Assembly: GCF_003704095.1 (NCBI RefSeq)
Contig: NW_020845652.1
Coordinates: forward strand, 1 to 64,000
Source of the DNA: Pocillopora damicornis
Lineage: Eukaryota
DNA: 64,000 nucleotides
Direction: 5' to 3'
Under the pieces are notes generated by a model. It was given only the letters and a program-made list of their open reading frames with translations. It was not told where the DNA came from and ran no database searches. How positions within the stretch are numbered: the stretch's first letter is position 1; the number at the start of each line of letters is the position of its first letter. The translations under genes and the position numbers were made by a program. This document shows, in pieces, positions 23,901 through 37,807 of this stretch.

Positions 23901-26900
23901 ACCTTCATGTTTTCCTGGAAGATAAGAGGGAAACAAACTAAATTTCTCAATGCTATTAACAAAGCTGAAGAAGTACAGTTGAGCCGGCCATATGAAAAAT
24001 TGTTGTTGTTTTGGGGAACTCGGGTCCTTGGCAATCAAAATGCCAAGTTGTACAATTTGTGATTGTTTTTAAGTCTTATTCCATTGAATTATCCATAAGT
24101 GCATCTGTATACCAAATTTCAAATTTCAAAACTGCAACAATTATTATCAATAATTATTACAAAATATCAAGTAACTTGGGAAAAAAATTAATAGTGTCTA
24201 GGGGTCTGTTTCTTGAAGGTCCTGTTAACTTAATGGGCCCGTAATGCTGTTCTGTTCTCATATAAGAAGAGGGTTTCAAAATTTTTGGAAAAATTAAAAT
24301 AAATCTATTAACTAAATACACAAAATGGACTGGTTGGGGAGCCACAATCTACTTCTCTATTCTTTACATTTTTATCGTAAAAATATGGCTTCAAGATCAA
24401 TAAGGTAGCAGGACTTTTGAGAAACAGGCCCCAGCTTGAAGGAAGTGAAATGTTGCTATGCATCTAAAGGTAGCATCAAGAGTGTCATTCCAATATTCAG
24501 TAATTCTAACACAAAGACACAGAGTTAATACTACATAACATGTACCATCCTAAGCTGTCCTGTTTCCCAATTTATGACCACTGTAAGGCCTTATGAGAGG
24601 TTAAGAAAAAAAATATATGTATATATATTATACAACTATATGATTGTATGGTTAATGAGGTTACATTTGCCCAAAGGAGGCATTTGTTTGTTGTGTAAAA
24701 AACCTTCATGAAAACATTTTATATGCAAACGTATATTGTAGATTATGCTTTACATAAGACATATCCTGTGCAAATGTCTTAAAAAACAGAGAAAAATTAT
24801 AAGTTAGCACCAACAGTTGTTTCATGTGCTAAAAAAAACAAGGCTCAAATACTTGATCAGCAAACTTCTCTTAAACTGTGCTAACAGTACAATGGATAAT
24901 GACAAAGTCTACATTGAACTCTCTTTTTATAGCATCAGAGGTCCAGAAAAACCCCAGGATAGCAAACCTAGTAAATTGAAGTGTACATGTAGATATACAG
25001 TAAATAAATGTATAGGACCATACTAGAGTTATTAATACAAAGATCACCAAATCAATGAGAATACCTTACCTATATACATCACTGGTCCCTGTGGAAATGC
25101 CACTTGGTCAGATGAGTGAGCCAATTCTGGTGTAACTTCTTTTGTGAATAATTTTACTGGTTGTACAAAACCTCCATTCAGCCTCCATACTGCTGCTATA
25201 GGGGAATCAAACTGGTGGCTCCATAACACTACTTCAGTCTCTGTTGCATCAAGAGTGTTTACTGCTGCTACAACTCCATTGGGAATGGACACACGCAGAT
25301 TCCATTCTGTAAACACTTCAGCATCCTCAGCAGAACAGTGAGCATCATCTTCTTCATTTAAAACAGCTTCCAAGAAGCTTACATCATGTTGTCCAACAGA
25401 AAAGTTCCATCTAAAACACAAAACAATCAGAAAACAGGCTTCAGTAATGACTGATTAGAGCATGATTATTGGAATCAGAGCAAATTGAGTTTTGATCATA
25501 ATAACTACTCTTTTTTACTGTTAATTTATCTAAAAAGACTATGATGAACAATAAATTTTCAATGAAATATATTAGTTAGGCTGCAAATTTTCCCTTAATT
25601 TCAAATGGTAACAAGAAATGCTAAAAAGAGGAGATGAAAGTTCAAAGTGCTCAAAAAGATTTACACCAGGGGCACATTGAAACTCAGCATATGTAATGCA
25701 TGATTGATGAGAACAATAATGATATGACAGAGCTGCCTACTGTAGTGAATACCTTTCAATGCCTGTTCTCTGATCAACAGCACGGATTGTCTGCTGTGTT
25801 CTTTTAAGTACAAGAACATCCTTGCCGTGGACATGCTGCTCATCAGACTCCTTTAACTGACAGCCATCAGCTGAACAGACATACTGTACCTATCATGAAA
25901 CAAAATTGTGCCTTTAATTAGAATGAAAATCGCATTGGAATAATAACATCGAGCATTACTGAATGAAAGACAACACATCTAGTAGGACAATCAATTTTTA
26001 AAACTTGTCTCAACTTTTTCACCTCTAAAATCAGATTTATTTAATTTTAGCCATTCTCCCCTTCCATCTACCTAATAAATACATTTCTTTATAACCCAGG
26101 TTTTGAATCAAAATTCTTTAAAAAATATTATCCACTCCAGCTGACAGACAACTCCTCACTAATACAGTTGTGTGTAATAATGGATTCCCCGATCATTACC
26201 AAAACATCAGTCCCCAACACAAACAACAAGGCCATCTCCAGACTACTCTCACTTACATCCCATTCACACCAAAGCTTAAACATGTTTTAAAGTTGTTTAA
26301 TGTTTTACACAGTTTAATTGTTTACTTCCTAGAAACTACTTAACCTAACATTTTTGTACTAAAATTTAGCACACTGGAAATGCAAGTTAGCAAGTACTTG
26401 AATCCTATGGAAAATTATGTTTTTCAGTTCTCCGTTTATGATTTTCATTCAGTAAAAACCAGTTTAAAAAAACACATTTTGCTAGTGTGAATAGGGTATT
26501 GGACAATCAGATCAGCTGATCTGTCTCTATACACATAAAAAAGGACATGAAACCTACCACCAGCAGCTATTACTTATGAATTCAGATATAGTATACTATA
26601 ACAACTAGTTATAATATACTGAGTAAATTGAAACATTACGGAACTGAAACTTATTTCTAAGTTTGCATCATGATTTGATGTTTTCATCCATTCTCTAACC
26701 AACTCTACCCAAGGTTGTCGAGAGCCAAAAGAAAATAATGTTATAGTTTAAGGACTCCCTTCAAAAACAACCTAACCTTCCCAGAATAGGGATTAAGTCC
26801 ACATGAAGTGGCTTCCTTCCCACCAACTAAAATTGAACCATCAGGAAGCTTTAGGAAGGAACCAAGGAGTGTGTCAGCAGTGAAAGGAATGGGCTGTGGA

Positions 26901-28729
26901 TAGAAAATTAAAAACTGAAATCAGTATTTGTAAAACTTAAAGTACATCCAATGAAACTAAGACCATTCAGATAAAGAAAACCAGGCAGAAAACTTTCCTT
27001 CTTCCTATTTTTTTTTTCCATTATGTTTTTCACTAAAAGCACACTGGGCCAAACAGGTCACATGATAAAAAGTTGTATCACACTGTGCATGATGCTTTGT
27101 ATAGCAGAATGTTTATTTGCTTTCTGCTTCTCATCTAAGGTACATGTATCATTTCAAAAGAATCATTTACAACCACTAGACAGAAAAATTCTACAACTGC
27201 TTTATAGAAAAACTCTATAAATTATTGTATGGATTTTTAAGACTTAAACAAATCATCACAATAAAAAAGGCATTATTACAGTCTATATTTGGAAAACGTA
27301 GGTCCAAAAATGAAAGCGAAATTTGTACACAAAATGTGAAAAGAGTTTCCTATTTCAAACTAAATTATCAGTGATTATCATTGCTTTAACCAGCTTTATC
27401 TGCTAGTCATGTTACATGCTGTAATATATATATATTTTTTATCTTATTTCAATTGTATACAGTGACGAAAAACTTGCATTCAACACTATTAACACTATCT
27501 GGTTTTCTTCTTTTAAAAAATTGTCTCTTTCTTGTTGGTTGTCTGAGTATTTAGCCTTACTTGTTGCTAAAATATTCCTTCCCACTCAAAATAAAAATAT
27601 GAGAGCCAATGATAATCCTATATTTCAGAGACAAGCAATTTTTTTTACGGCTGAGTGCTCAATAAAATATAATTATAAACAGCACTCTTTTCTTTTCTTT
27701 TTTTCCGGCAATGAAACTTTTCTTTCAGGTGACCATTCAAACTTTCTGGTTGCCAAATTACCACTTCAAAAGTACTTGAGCTGAGAACCTGATTACTGTT
27801 TGATTTAATCATGTTTACCTCAACTTTGTCTCCACTGACTTGATACAATCCACCATCCAATGAGGGTATCAGACCCACGTGTTTTGCCATCTGTAAAAAT
27901 ATGATGACATAGCACATCTTATTAAGTAGCTATCATACAGCAAAACTCACAGCCTAATTTGTGTTTCTGGCGAATAACTTTGTTAGAGTATACCTGTCTT
28001 CTAGTAGTTTGGAAGTACATGAGGTATTTTGTTGATACAAGTCAGAATCTCATGCACATTTTGACAGCGACGGTGTGGTGGAGCACTTAATTTGGGAGAA
28101 AATTCCTCTTCCCTAATGAAGGGAGAGTTGGGCACAATATAGAACTAGCATTAAATCAGACGTAGTCTGGTTCACACAAATGCTAGCATCGAAGAATCAA
28201 ATGCAAATATTCTGACTTTTCACTCTGGGGATTCCCTCGCCTTTCGCACAGAATTCGTTTCATCCGACGGATAATGCATCCGTTTGCTTTGATTACATCA
28301 AGAGTTAACACTTACCTTGCACCGCCCACGCTGAAAGATTTAGAAAACCTATATGGAAGAGAAGAAAACTTTATCTATAAAATACCTGAACTGAACTCAG
28401 GCTGGATGACAACAGAGGTCCGTGGAAAGCTGGTAAACTCCACAGTAACTTGCCATTATCTCTTGTATCCAACGCACTTAACTTCCCATCCAACGTACTT
28501 ACTATTACAAGTGAACTAAAAAAAAAAACGCCAGAAGAATCAATTTAGAGATGAAAAGGAAGGTCAATAACGTGCTCTCATAATCTTTTTCTCCTTACCA
28601 CGAGCTACTCCGAGCAGACAAACCACTGGGTTTTTCATCCTTCGATTTCCCATTCCCGTCCAGTGAAATTATCTCTGCCATTAAAGTGATAAATTGCAAG
28701 GCTACCGACGCTTTTAGGGCACTTTTCAT
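14909..28729 (-). CDS. EIF2AK3: PERK, eIF2-alpha kinase 3, about 23 coding exons
   Basis: Signal-peptide exon 28729-28599. Luminal domain [10 protein letters not shown] (28515-28386), LIPSLDG (27890-27819), [10 protein letters not shown] (26893-26777), WNFSVGQH (25410-25070), WRPY..SPSRTP (23914-23699), DNGYYL (22717-22561). TM exon 22055-21971. Kinase LGKGGFG/YAVKRI (20874-20752), [12 protein letters not shown], long acidic insert, [45 protein letters not shown]. Last exon 15031-14909. Confidence 0.96.
18876..19087. mobile_element. piggyBac-type MITE, family 1
   Basis: TTAACCCT...AGGGTTAA. Confidence 0.8.
20090..20302. mobile_element. piggyBac-type MITE, family 1
   Basis: TTAACCCTTTA...TAAACGGGTTAA. 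Confidence 0.8.
24201..24432. mobile_element. Harbinger-like MITE in a PERK intron
   Basis: Terminal inverted repeats GGGGTCTGTTTCTTGAAGGTCC and GGACTTTTGAGAAACAGGCCCC. Confidence 0.7.
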
Positions 28730-28848
28730 CCTTCTACTGAAACATCATTAGGCCTTCTCTTAAGAAAAGAGGAAAATCCTCCATTCCCTTCTGCAAACCT
28801 AGACGAAACTGCTTTTCACATGCATGCACACGCGTCTCCACACTACGA

Positions 28849-28914
28849 CCGCCATATTTGTTGTCTTCTTTTCTAATCGCCTTCCTGATTGGTTCACAAT
28901 TATGAATGACGTAA
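28849..28914 (-). promoter_or_regulatory. Putative PERK core promoter: YY1-type CCGCCATATT (28849-28858), CCAAT box (28888-28892), CRE/ATF-like TGACGTAA (28907-28914)
   Basis: Motifs read directly, 120-185 bp upstream of the PERK ATG. Confidence 0.5.
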
Positions 28915-31095
28915 TTTTTTTCCGTGATGAATAGACACTGATACCTCTGTCGTGTCCACTGCGCATGTGTCTGTAAACGTGGCGCTTTTGCACAGGGACT
29001 CTCGCACGATTTGCTGAGGTAGCACATTTCTACACAAAAATATTTCTAGAACTTTCTAGAAAGATCCTCTCCAAATAAGTTGCAGTAATGTTTTTCTAGT
29101 CCACTAAGGGAAACAATAATTTCCAACAATTTCTATCAGGCAGATTTAAATCTAATTAAAATCCCACACGCCGAAATAGACGATAGAGGAACAGTCTTCA
29201 AGTGAAATTCCTTTATCTTGCTGAACAAAGCAGTTTTATATTTTGCTTAAGTCAATTATGAAACCGGAAACGGAATATCAGATTCTGCTTACTCGGTTCC
29301 GCATAAAGAAGTTCTTACAAGATCAGTGACCATTACTAGGCCACACGAGGGGGGGAGGTCTTTCGCACTTTGCTGTTTCCTTGCAACAAGGCGTTTCTTC
29401 AAACGCAGTTCACATATATGATTTTCATACTTTTACAGTCATTTACAGAAAAAAAAAAATGTTTTACACGCGAGCTGGAGTAAATTTGAAATAGCAGTTA
29501 TACCCTTGGTTCTCCTTCGTTACTTGCTAAGCGTTTATGTTGCTTTGTAGCTGTTTTTTTTTCTTTTTTTTCGCTTTGTTTGTTTGTTTTCCGTTTCTTT
29601 TGTGATCGATATAACACAATGAAGCAATGCTAGAGGGAAAAATGTTTTAAATATATTTCTCATCACCGTAGGACGAAGTAAAATCTGAGTCAGTTACCCA
29701 TAGGGAATCGATGCGGTTCTATGAATCCAGGCCTTTCATAGACGTTCTACTTTGATAGCACCCAGTTTGAAATCGAAAACACCAAGCATATTTGTTTTGT
29801 ACTTATTGAAGCCGAGTATAAGAGCTATTTAAAGAATAGTAAAGAGAATTTAAAAGAAGCGAATTAAAACAGTTTATGATATCTGTATTTATATTTCTCC
29901 TTTGAAAGAAAAATATGTTTGAATAAGAGAGTTGATGTATTTATTTTTATCAAGGACATCACATAGATAAAGGTTCTATTGGCTATATACGTTTCAAGTT
30001 GTTTACACCTATTAAGAACCAGGTTTCTATCACGAAAAGAAAATCTTTTGTTTCACTGACTGTTTTTTTTCTGACTGTAGACAGGGCACAAGCTTTGAAT
30101 CACGCCGCCGGGGTGTTATCAGTGGTCTTCGGTATTCTGGCTGAATCATACATCCTGTGGAACATTTTGGGGATTCCAAGCGATTTATTTACACGCGGTA
30201 AGGTTCACATTAAGATTAATGCTAAAAACGAAAGTAGGCACTATATGAACTATATCCTTCAGTTAAACTCTGTTAACATCAGTACTTTAACCCACTGGAT
30301 AAAAGGAAAACTTTCCCACCATCTTCGCTAATTTATAGTCTTACATCAAGGAAAAACCTTCCACTAGACGAGTGTGTTTTCTCATCTTTTACTTGGAGGA
30401 AAAATGTATTAATATAGTAAGAAAGTAATTTGTTTTTAATGTACGAGAAAGTTATCACAACTTTTGATATGAATCGGGGATTAAACGGCTTGGGTTAGAC
30501 CAGCAGTATTTCAGTTAAAATTGTGAAAGTACGCTATGTATTGATGATTTTTTTCAGAAGTAATGGGTTCGACTCTTCAATTCCATTGAGAGCCTCTAAA
30601 GTTCGCAGGTTTGAAAATTAACGTCTAAATCTATACTTTCCATTCGACAGATAAAAGGATGCTTAATCATTTTAAAATCATGATTTCGTTCTAGGTCTTC
30701 TCAGTATTTTTAAAAGCTGTCAGACATTCTTTATTAAGCGATTAAGGTATTCACGGATAAAGTTTCATAAGATTCATCCACATTAGCAGAATTCTAAACT
30801 AAACAGAACAAAATTGTAAAAAACGAGCGAGCCAGGGAATGACTAGATCTTGAAATAACATGTTTCAGTTTAAAGGTTCTTCGTTACGAAAATTTCATCG
30901 AAAGACGCTATAAATCTCAGCGGGTGATGATCTTCAGTAGAGCAAAACAAAGGAATAGCTTGTTCAGATAATTAATTGCTCACCTCTGATTCTGAGGCAG
31001 GTGATCACAGTTAAATAGAAAGATTTCACAATAGTTTATTGTTGAGCCCAAGTTAAAATGAATGAAGAATAAAATCAGTTCTATTATTTTCTTTA

Positions 31096-31586
31096 ATCAT
31101 AACCATACCAATTTCCTCAAACGTGATTGGCGTATTAGCTGCTTTATTTTTCACTAATCATTCTGTAGAGCTGTAATCGAACAGTGTAATCAGACAGTTG
31201 GCTGTAATCAGATACCTGTGATCGGACAGTTGAAGTAGTCAATCATACTATGACCACTCAGCCAAATCCACCAATCACAGATTTAAACACAATAACCATA
31301 ACAACAGCCACATCCTAAACAAAGAAATTGAAGAATTTCCAAAATGGAGAAATATTTTTACTTTAGACATTGTCTCTACCGGAGATATTTGACCTAAATG
31401 TATTTACTGTTTTTGGAAATTGAATCGGTTATGATTAATTGGTAACAGGACTTCTTGTCATCCAATTCCGTCTGTAATCATACGAGTGACTGACAAATTG
31501 GACTCCCGCTTCGCGGTCGTCCAATTGTGTTAATCACTCGTATTATTACCGACCGAACTGGACTCCACTCAGTCCTTTTACCATTA
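31096..31586. mobile_element. Hairpin-ended non-autonomous repeat, same family as 9940-10405
   Basis: Shares the left end (..CTCAAACGTGATTGG) and the foldback right end (TCTGTAATCATAC..GGACTCCCGCTTCGCGGTCG..GACTCCACTCAGT). Confidence 0.7.
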
Positions 31587-31821
31587 TCAATCAATCAGCA
31601 TTAGTGTGAAAACATTTTCACCATGGACGACGCTGTTGGATGCTTCGCCAACTTGTTCCTGAACACGATAATACGCTGAGTCTGTGTGACCGCCGAAGAA
31701 TTGAAAGACAAAGTGGTTAGAGGGAAAATATTCCTTTCTCTCCCCCCACCCCCACAAAATCTAACTCCTGGTAATACTAAATCTCAAGCTGCTCACGATC
31801 TAATCTTTATTTCGATTGTAG

Positions 31822-33575
31822 ATGGGTGAAGTTGGCATGGACGCGTTTCCGCCTAAAAAACTGGACTCGAGACAGGATTCAAAACTGGATCGTCCGGTTA
31901 TTGAGACTCGACTGGATTCTAGAATGGACTACTATGGCAGCAAATTGGCTCTACGCGCGAGCCTGCGTTACACTGGAGAAGATGACCAGTGGCAGACCAG
32001 TCGAAGTTCCCTTCGTGAAAGAAACAAATACATGTTTAACCGAGAGCTGTTTAGTGATGTGCGTTTTCTGGTCGGCAGGACAGAGAAAACGTCCATTCCG
32101 GCTCATCGGTATGTACTGGCTATTAGTAGTCCGGTGTTTTCTTCGCTATTTTACGCGTTTGGGGCACTTCAGGCTGAAGTAACTTCACGAGAGCAGGTAA
32201 ATAAACAAATAAATGAGCAAACAAACAAACAAACAAACTTTCTGTACATTTTGTTCGTATTTGATATGGTATAGACGATTGTCGGAAGTGATCCAAAATT
32301 ATGAAGGCATTTTCTATCCAAGAACGAGGATTCGTCAAAAAACTTAGAACGAACACACTTTTTATACAATGACTGTTCCTTTATCAACTTCTGGTTGATA
32401 GCCAACTAAGTTTCCATTGAGGTAGCGCCTGAAATTTTTCATTTTAGGTAGAAATATCAGAATGTGAACCGGAATCGTTTCTGGAGATGCTCCGGTACAT
32501 GTACTACGACGAAGTACAGCTGACCACTGATAACGCGCCGGAAGTCTTGTTCTTAGCCCGGAAGTACCTTATTCCAAGCTTGGCGGAGATCTGCACTGAA
32601 TTCATCGCGAGTAACTTAACTGTCGCGAACACTCTTCCTGTATTGGACCATTGTTGTCTGCTTGGGGTCAGCAATGGCCTGGAGAAACAATGTTGGACAA
32701 TCATCGACCAACACGCTTCTGAAGTAGCTCAAGATCACCAATTCGTAGAAATCGATCACAGAACGCTTACTGCTTTCTTGAAACGCGACAGCTTAGTTGC
32801 CAAGGAGACGGTACTTTTCCAAGCAGCAGTGAGATGGGCGGGGCGGGAATGCCAGCGATTGTCACTTCCGTTGACAGCTGAGAATAGACGCGAGGTTCTT
32901 GGGGATGCGTTTTATTCCATTCGTTTCCCGTTGATGAGTATGAAGGAATTCACTGAAAATGTGGCTCAGTCATCTTATCTAAGTCACGAAGAAGTAGCAA
33001 ATATGTACATCGGCTTCAACTCCAACTTTCAGTCTTGCAACGTTAAATTTCCAACAGAGCCTCGTGCTGGGCTTCTTCAAGAGGCGGTCTTTCGCTGCAC
33101 GCGTTTCGAATCAACAGCGCTGCGCCCAAAGTGGACAACAGTCGCACCACAACAATTCACCGTGAAATTCAAGGTCAGTCAGCCAATCAGCATCATGGGC
33201 ATTGCACTTTTTACGGCTGTCACGCAATCAGCCTCATCGAGTGTTAGAGTTGAGTTGCGTGACGATAGGGATTCTGTGCTGACGTCACATCAAGCAAATC
33301 TTGATAACCGCGACGATGATAGTGATACGCAAGACGTCATATTTTCAAAAGGGATAAAATTACAAAACGATGTCATCTATTCAATCACTGTTACGTCAGA
33401 AGAAACCTTGCAGCGGTTTGGACAGGGGCCGATGAGTGAGATCAATTGTGAAGGCGTCCAGTTTGAATTCTTTGAGGAATCAGGGGATGAACTAGAGACA
33501 GGTTACATACCAGAGCTTTTGTTTCAGCCTTTAAAAGAGGCACCATCATCAATGGCTTTCGTCGAAGACTGTTAA
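31822..33575 (+). CDS. BTB-BACK-PHR protein (BTBD1/2/3/6 family), about 500 aa; exons 31822-32196 and 32448-33575
   Basis: WQ..RSSLRERNKYMFNRELFSDVRF, IPAHRYVLAISSPVF, FLEMLRYMY, IRFPLMS, RCTRF, IPELLF. Phase-0 intron. The ATG follows an acceptor-like TTGTAG, so an upstream exon is likely. Confidence 0.92.
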
Positions 33576-34967
33576 AAATTCGCTGCCTTAATGACTAATC
33601 AAACTGTATTTCATGCTGTCAAGCAGCGTATTTACTTTGAAACCCTATACAAGGTTTGTTTTTCAAAATCATCAGCAACGATCTAAAGCATTTGCAAAGA
33701 ATAAAACACGTTTGCTATGCGAACAATAACGAGTTAGAGAATGGAGTGCAAGATTTACAACCACTATGATAACTGAACTCAGGGGAACGCAGTTTGCTCG
33801 GAATACTAATTAGTTTTTCAAAATCGATTTGAGACCACAAGTACGATTGCAGGCCAAAACTGAATAACGCGAAGTTCAATCGTCATTTCATTATTCACTT
33901 TAAAATCACTCGATTCAATCGCCTGATTGCGAAGAATTGGACAATGCTAATAATGTAGAAAAGTAAAGTTTTGTGAACAAAAGTTATAAAAAACAATTCG
34001 AAGTAGAGATTGAACAAATATAAGTATTAACGTTTAAAGTTCACAAAAATTCGGAATAGGAGGAGGGAGATAAAAAAATGCATGGAAATCAACTGAGCAA
34101 AAGATCGTTCAAGCAACTGAGTCCACCATAAGATTCCTGGATTCCATTAAGAAAGGAAAACGAAGTTCTAAGATTTATATCAGTTGAAATTATTCACGAT
34201 TTACTGCCAGATTTAAGTTCGATATCCACAAAGTAACATATCGCTATAGAGGAGTAATTTCTTAAACATGAAACTGCAAATATTTTTAGATTATTTTCCA
34301 TCAAGACCAAACGGTATGTGCGTTTGGAAGTGGTGTCTAAAAGAGAGGTTTCATCAGGAGAAAATCTATCCAAGGGGCAACTTAAGATAATGAAAGAGGT
34401 GTCTCAAGGAGAGGTTTTATCACTTCAACCTCCAACAGAGAGGGGTACCTCAGACACTAAAAACCGTCCCTTAACTTAAAATGTCCCTTCAATAAAAGAC
34501 CAAAATACAACAGCCATGTAAAAGTTTTTCCAGTCAAGACCAAGCAGTGGTTCCACCCCGAGGCTTCTACGTTGGGAACACAGTAAACCCTTACAACTTA
34601 ACATCTTTAAGCACATTCTTCTTGTCATGCATTTTCTACAAAACTGACTATGATAATTTGTCCCACAATCAAGAGCTTCTTTACTTGCAAATCATCTCCT
34701 TTATTCTCATGACCCTGATATTTGATTCAGCAATGATACAAGAAGAAGAAATCAAATTCTCGTCACTCTTTTGGATTAAAGGTTTCTAAAAGCCTTGCCA
34801 GTGTCCTTTCAAAAAATAGAGGCTCCACAGACAGCAGATAGGAAATGTGAGTTGACTCCAAGATGAAGTTTTGCAGATCACTGAGATTCTGAAATTACAA
34901 TTTCCCAATAAAAACTGTTGCAACGACATTAATGAATTAATTTTCCATTCTAAATTTCACACCAGTG

Positions 34968-37350
34968 TCACCTTGGGCTGGGATCTTGCACTTGTGACAA
35001 TACTTTATTGATTCGTTCAAACATCTTTGGTATGAGTTCCAAATGTGTTTTACAACACTGATCAACGCACACGTCCAGTTCAGCCTGATACTTAGTCAAT
35101 TCAGACTGTGTAGTAGTTGGGTCAACATTGTCTTGAATTTTGTCCTGGCATTGTTGAGCACAACGGCCAAGACGATCCTTGATACAGGAAAACAATAACA
35201 GTTAACAGCAACCCTACAGAGTCACATAGGAAATCAGCAGAGCTGGCTACATTATTTTTCATGACACACTTTCAATCTTGCTGTTGTCATAGTTTCAAAA
35301 TACTCATGTCAGCTCTTTTTTTATTGTCTAATAGGAAAAAAATTGCCCAGAAGATGTTACTTGGTATATCAACAATGTTTGCTTACTCTGTCATGAAAAA
35401 TAACAGTAAAATAAACAAACAAACAAACAATCTATAAAAAGTGAAAAAAAAAACAATACAAAAAAAATTATTGTTAGTAATCATGTTTTCCTGATTTGAA
35501 GGAAGCCACTTGACTTGGTTGGTTTTGGGAATTTCCAGAGAAAACTTTGAAGTCACTCTCTCACTTTAGCTCCAAACCTTCCAAATTCAAAAATCACCTC
35601 CAAACCACACTAAAAGTCTACTTACCTGAAATCCAGTAAGCTCTTTACCGAGGTATTCTTGAATTTGTTGAATGGGAACAAAACACCTGTTCATACATTG
35701 TTGCACTTCCTCCTTACTTGGTGTTAAATTCTCACAACATTTAGCTGCACACAAGTGAGACTTAGCCTATTTGGAAAGACAACAAAGAGAAAGTTTGTAA
35801 AACATATTTCTTTAAACCTTCAATCTCTAAGAGTGATTAGCATCTAATTTCTCTTTACAACATCACACTCTGAGTCACACACTAGGGTCACAAGAATATG
35901 ACAAATGATCACTAACTAGAAAAACTTTTGGTTGTTAAAAAAATTCTCCTTGACTTGAGGACTTGGGAAATGTATAGGGAGCAGTATGAAGAGTATGCAT
36001 ATTGATGCTTGGGTGTACATGGTTAATTGCAATTCACTTGAGAGGATCATACTTTTCCTTGCTACCACGTGCATGTCAAAATATGACTTATTTCATGTAA
36101 ATGTGAAGAGAATCCTTTATCAAAAAAGAAATCCCCAACATTTACCATGCTCCCCAGAGAAGTATCATATGTTCACAGCTTACAATTTGCTCCTTTCATT
36201 TAGCTACTTTTCACCCATCAAAGTGTGGCAATTCAATTTTGTTGTACTGGTTGAAAAAAGTTTCATGAGTGAATTTTCTGTAATCAACCATAATTCCAAA
36301 GAAAAAATGCCACAAAAAGACAAAAACAAAAACAAAAGTGAGCAAACTTTCTGTATGCTTCAGTTCACTATCACAGAGGTAACCTAACATTATCACAACA
36401 TGGTTTTTTTTTTGCTAATAAACTGAAATACTCTTCAGTAGCAAATTAAATGTTTGCCTTCATTTTGTATAGTACTATCTTTCTTTAGTTTTCTTTTAAT
36501 TCCTGCCTGGATTCTAGGTATCATTTTTTATTGGCCATGTTACTCATTATTGTAGTTGTTCATCTCATTTTCTGTATTTTCTGTGTTTTTTTTACTGGTT
36601 TCTCATACATTCCTACCTATTTACTGAGAATCAGTAAAATGATGACAAAATAGATGATGACTCTATCATTCTCTTTGCTAAACCCCATGTACAAGTATGT
36701 CAAAACAAACAGTAACCATATCACTTGGCTGCATAATGTACAATCTTCCATCAGGGTGAAAGTGCAATATAGTTTCAGAGAGTTCACATTTTGTAAAATA
36801 CAACCGATTATACGCACCTTTGGTGACCCTAGTTTAGATAAGCTGAGGCGTTCCAAAGGATATTTTAGAATTCACGACAAACACTTGAGACAATTCGCTT
36901 AATTTTGGAAAATTCTAATGTTAGCCATCTCGTTAATACAGAATAAGGAAAATCATGGTAAAGCCAATATTGTAGTGGGGGCGTCACTGGCCGAACAATA
37001 TTTTCGTGAAGATGTTTTAGCAAAACAGTGCGCATTCTGGAAAAATTGAACTATCAACATATCTTTTAGGCTAATGTCAGTCTAAGGCAACATTGTGACG
37101 AAGAAATCGTTTATAAATTTGCCAGGATCTGGGTTTGATCAGGCAGAATAGTGGGAAAGCCGACCTCGAATCCGAGTAAAATTCTTCATATTTCAAAAAA
37201 AATTTCATTAAAACATATTTATTAGCTGACTACATATAGAGCAGTTGACTAATGACTGACCTGAAGCCCTCTCAGCTTTTCTTTTTCCAGCTTTTCTATC
37301 GATCTCTCCACTTCTTCTTTCACACGTGTTTGAGAAGCACTAGCAGCCAT
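34968..37350 (-). CDS. FAM136A: FAM136A, 146 aa; exons 37350-37261, 35766-35626, 35177-34968
   Basis: LRGLQ|AKSHLCAAKCC...QQCMNRC...FQ|DRLGRCAQQCQD...CVDQC..HLELIP: twin CX3C pattern typical of FAM136A. Confidence 0.93.
35812..36026. mobile_element. piggyBac-type MITE, family 1 (further degenerate copies at about 34584-34785, 49894-50087, 58236-58417, 62622-62813)
   Basis: TTAA-bounded; shared interior GCATCTAATTTCTC..AAATGATC..AAATTCTCCTTG..ATGCATA.TGATG. Confidence 0.7.
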
Positions 37351-37570
37351 GATGGAAAATTTAGTAGACAGGGGACTGGATCCAATTCAGCCGAGCGTCC
37401 TCCCCTGATCGAACCCGGCCCGCCAGTAGAAGGAACGGATAGCTTTGGAGGCTTAATTTGAAATGGAAGAATAATAAACTACTTCACCTGTCCACGTAGA
37501 ATTCAGATTCAAGTTTTCGTTCAAATAGTACAGACAACTCTCAAGAAGACTCAGAAAATTTGTTTCTCTG

Positions 37571-37807
37571 GGCCGGGTTGTTCAAAGCTAGGTTAAGATA
37601 ACCCAGGGTTAGTGTGAAATCTGATTTCAGATCTGATGGCTTTAGAGAAAATTCAGTCGGATTTTTTTTGTCAAGAATATGATTATTTGATGCTCTATAA
37701 AGAACACCAGAAACTATCCTAAAAAGGCATTTGAATAAAGGAATAGAGAAATTCAGATCAAAATTTAACCTTGGGTTAGCGCTAATCAACCTTCGAACAA
37801 CTGGGCC
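37571..37807. mobile_element. PIF/Harbinger-type MITE
   Basis: TIRs GGCCGGGTTGTTCAAAG and CTTCGAACAACTGGGCC, flanked by CTG on both sides (3-bp TSD). Degenerate relatives at about 50930-51068 and 59560-59688. Confidence 0.8.
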
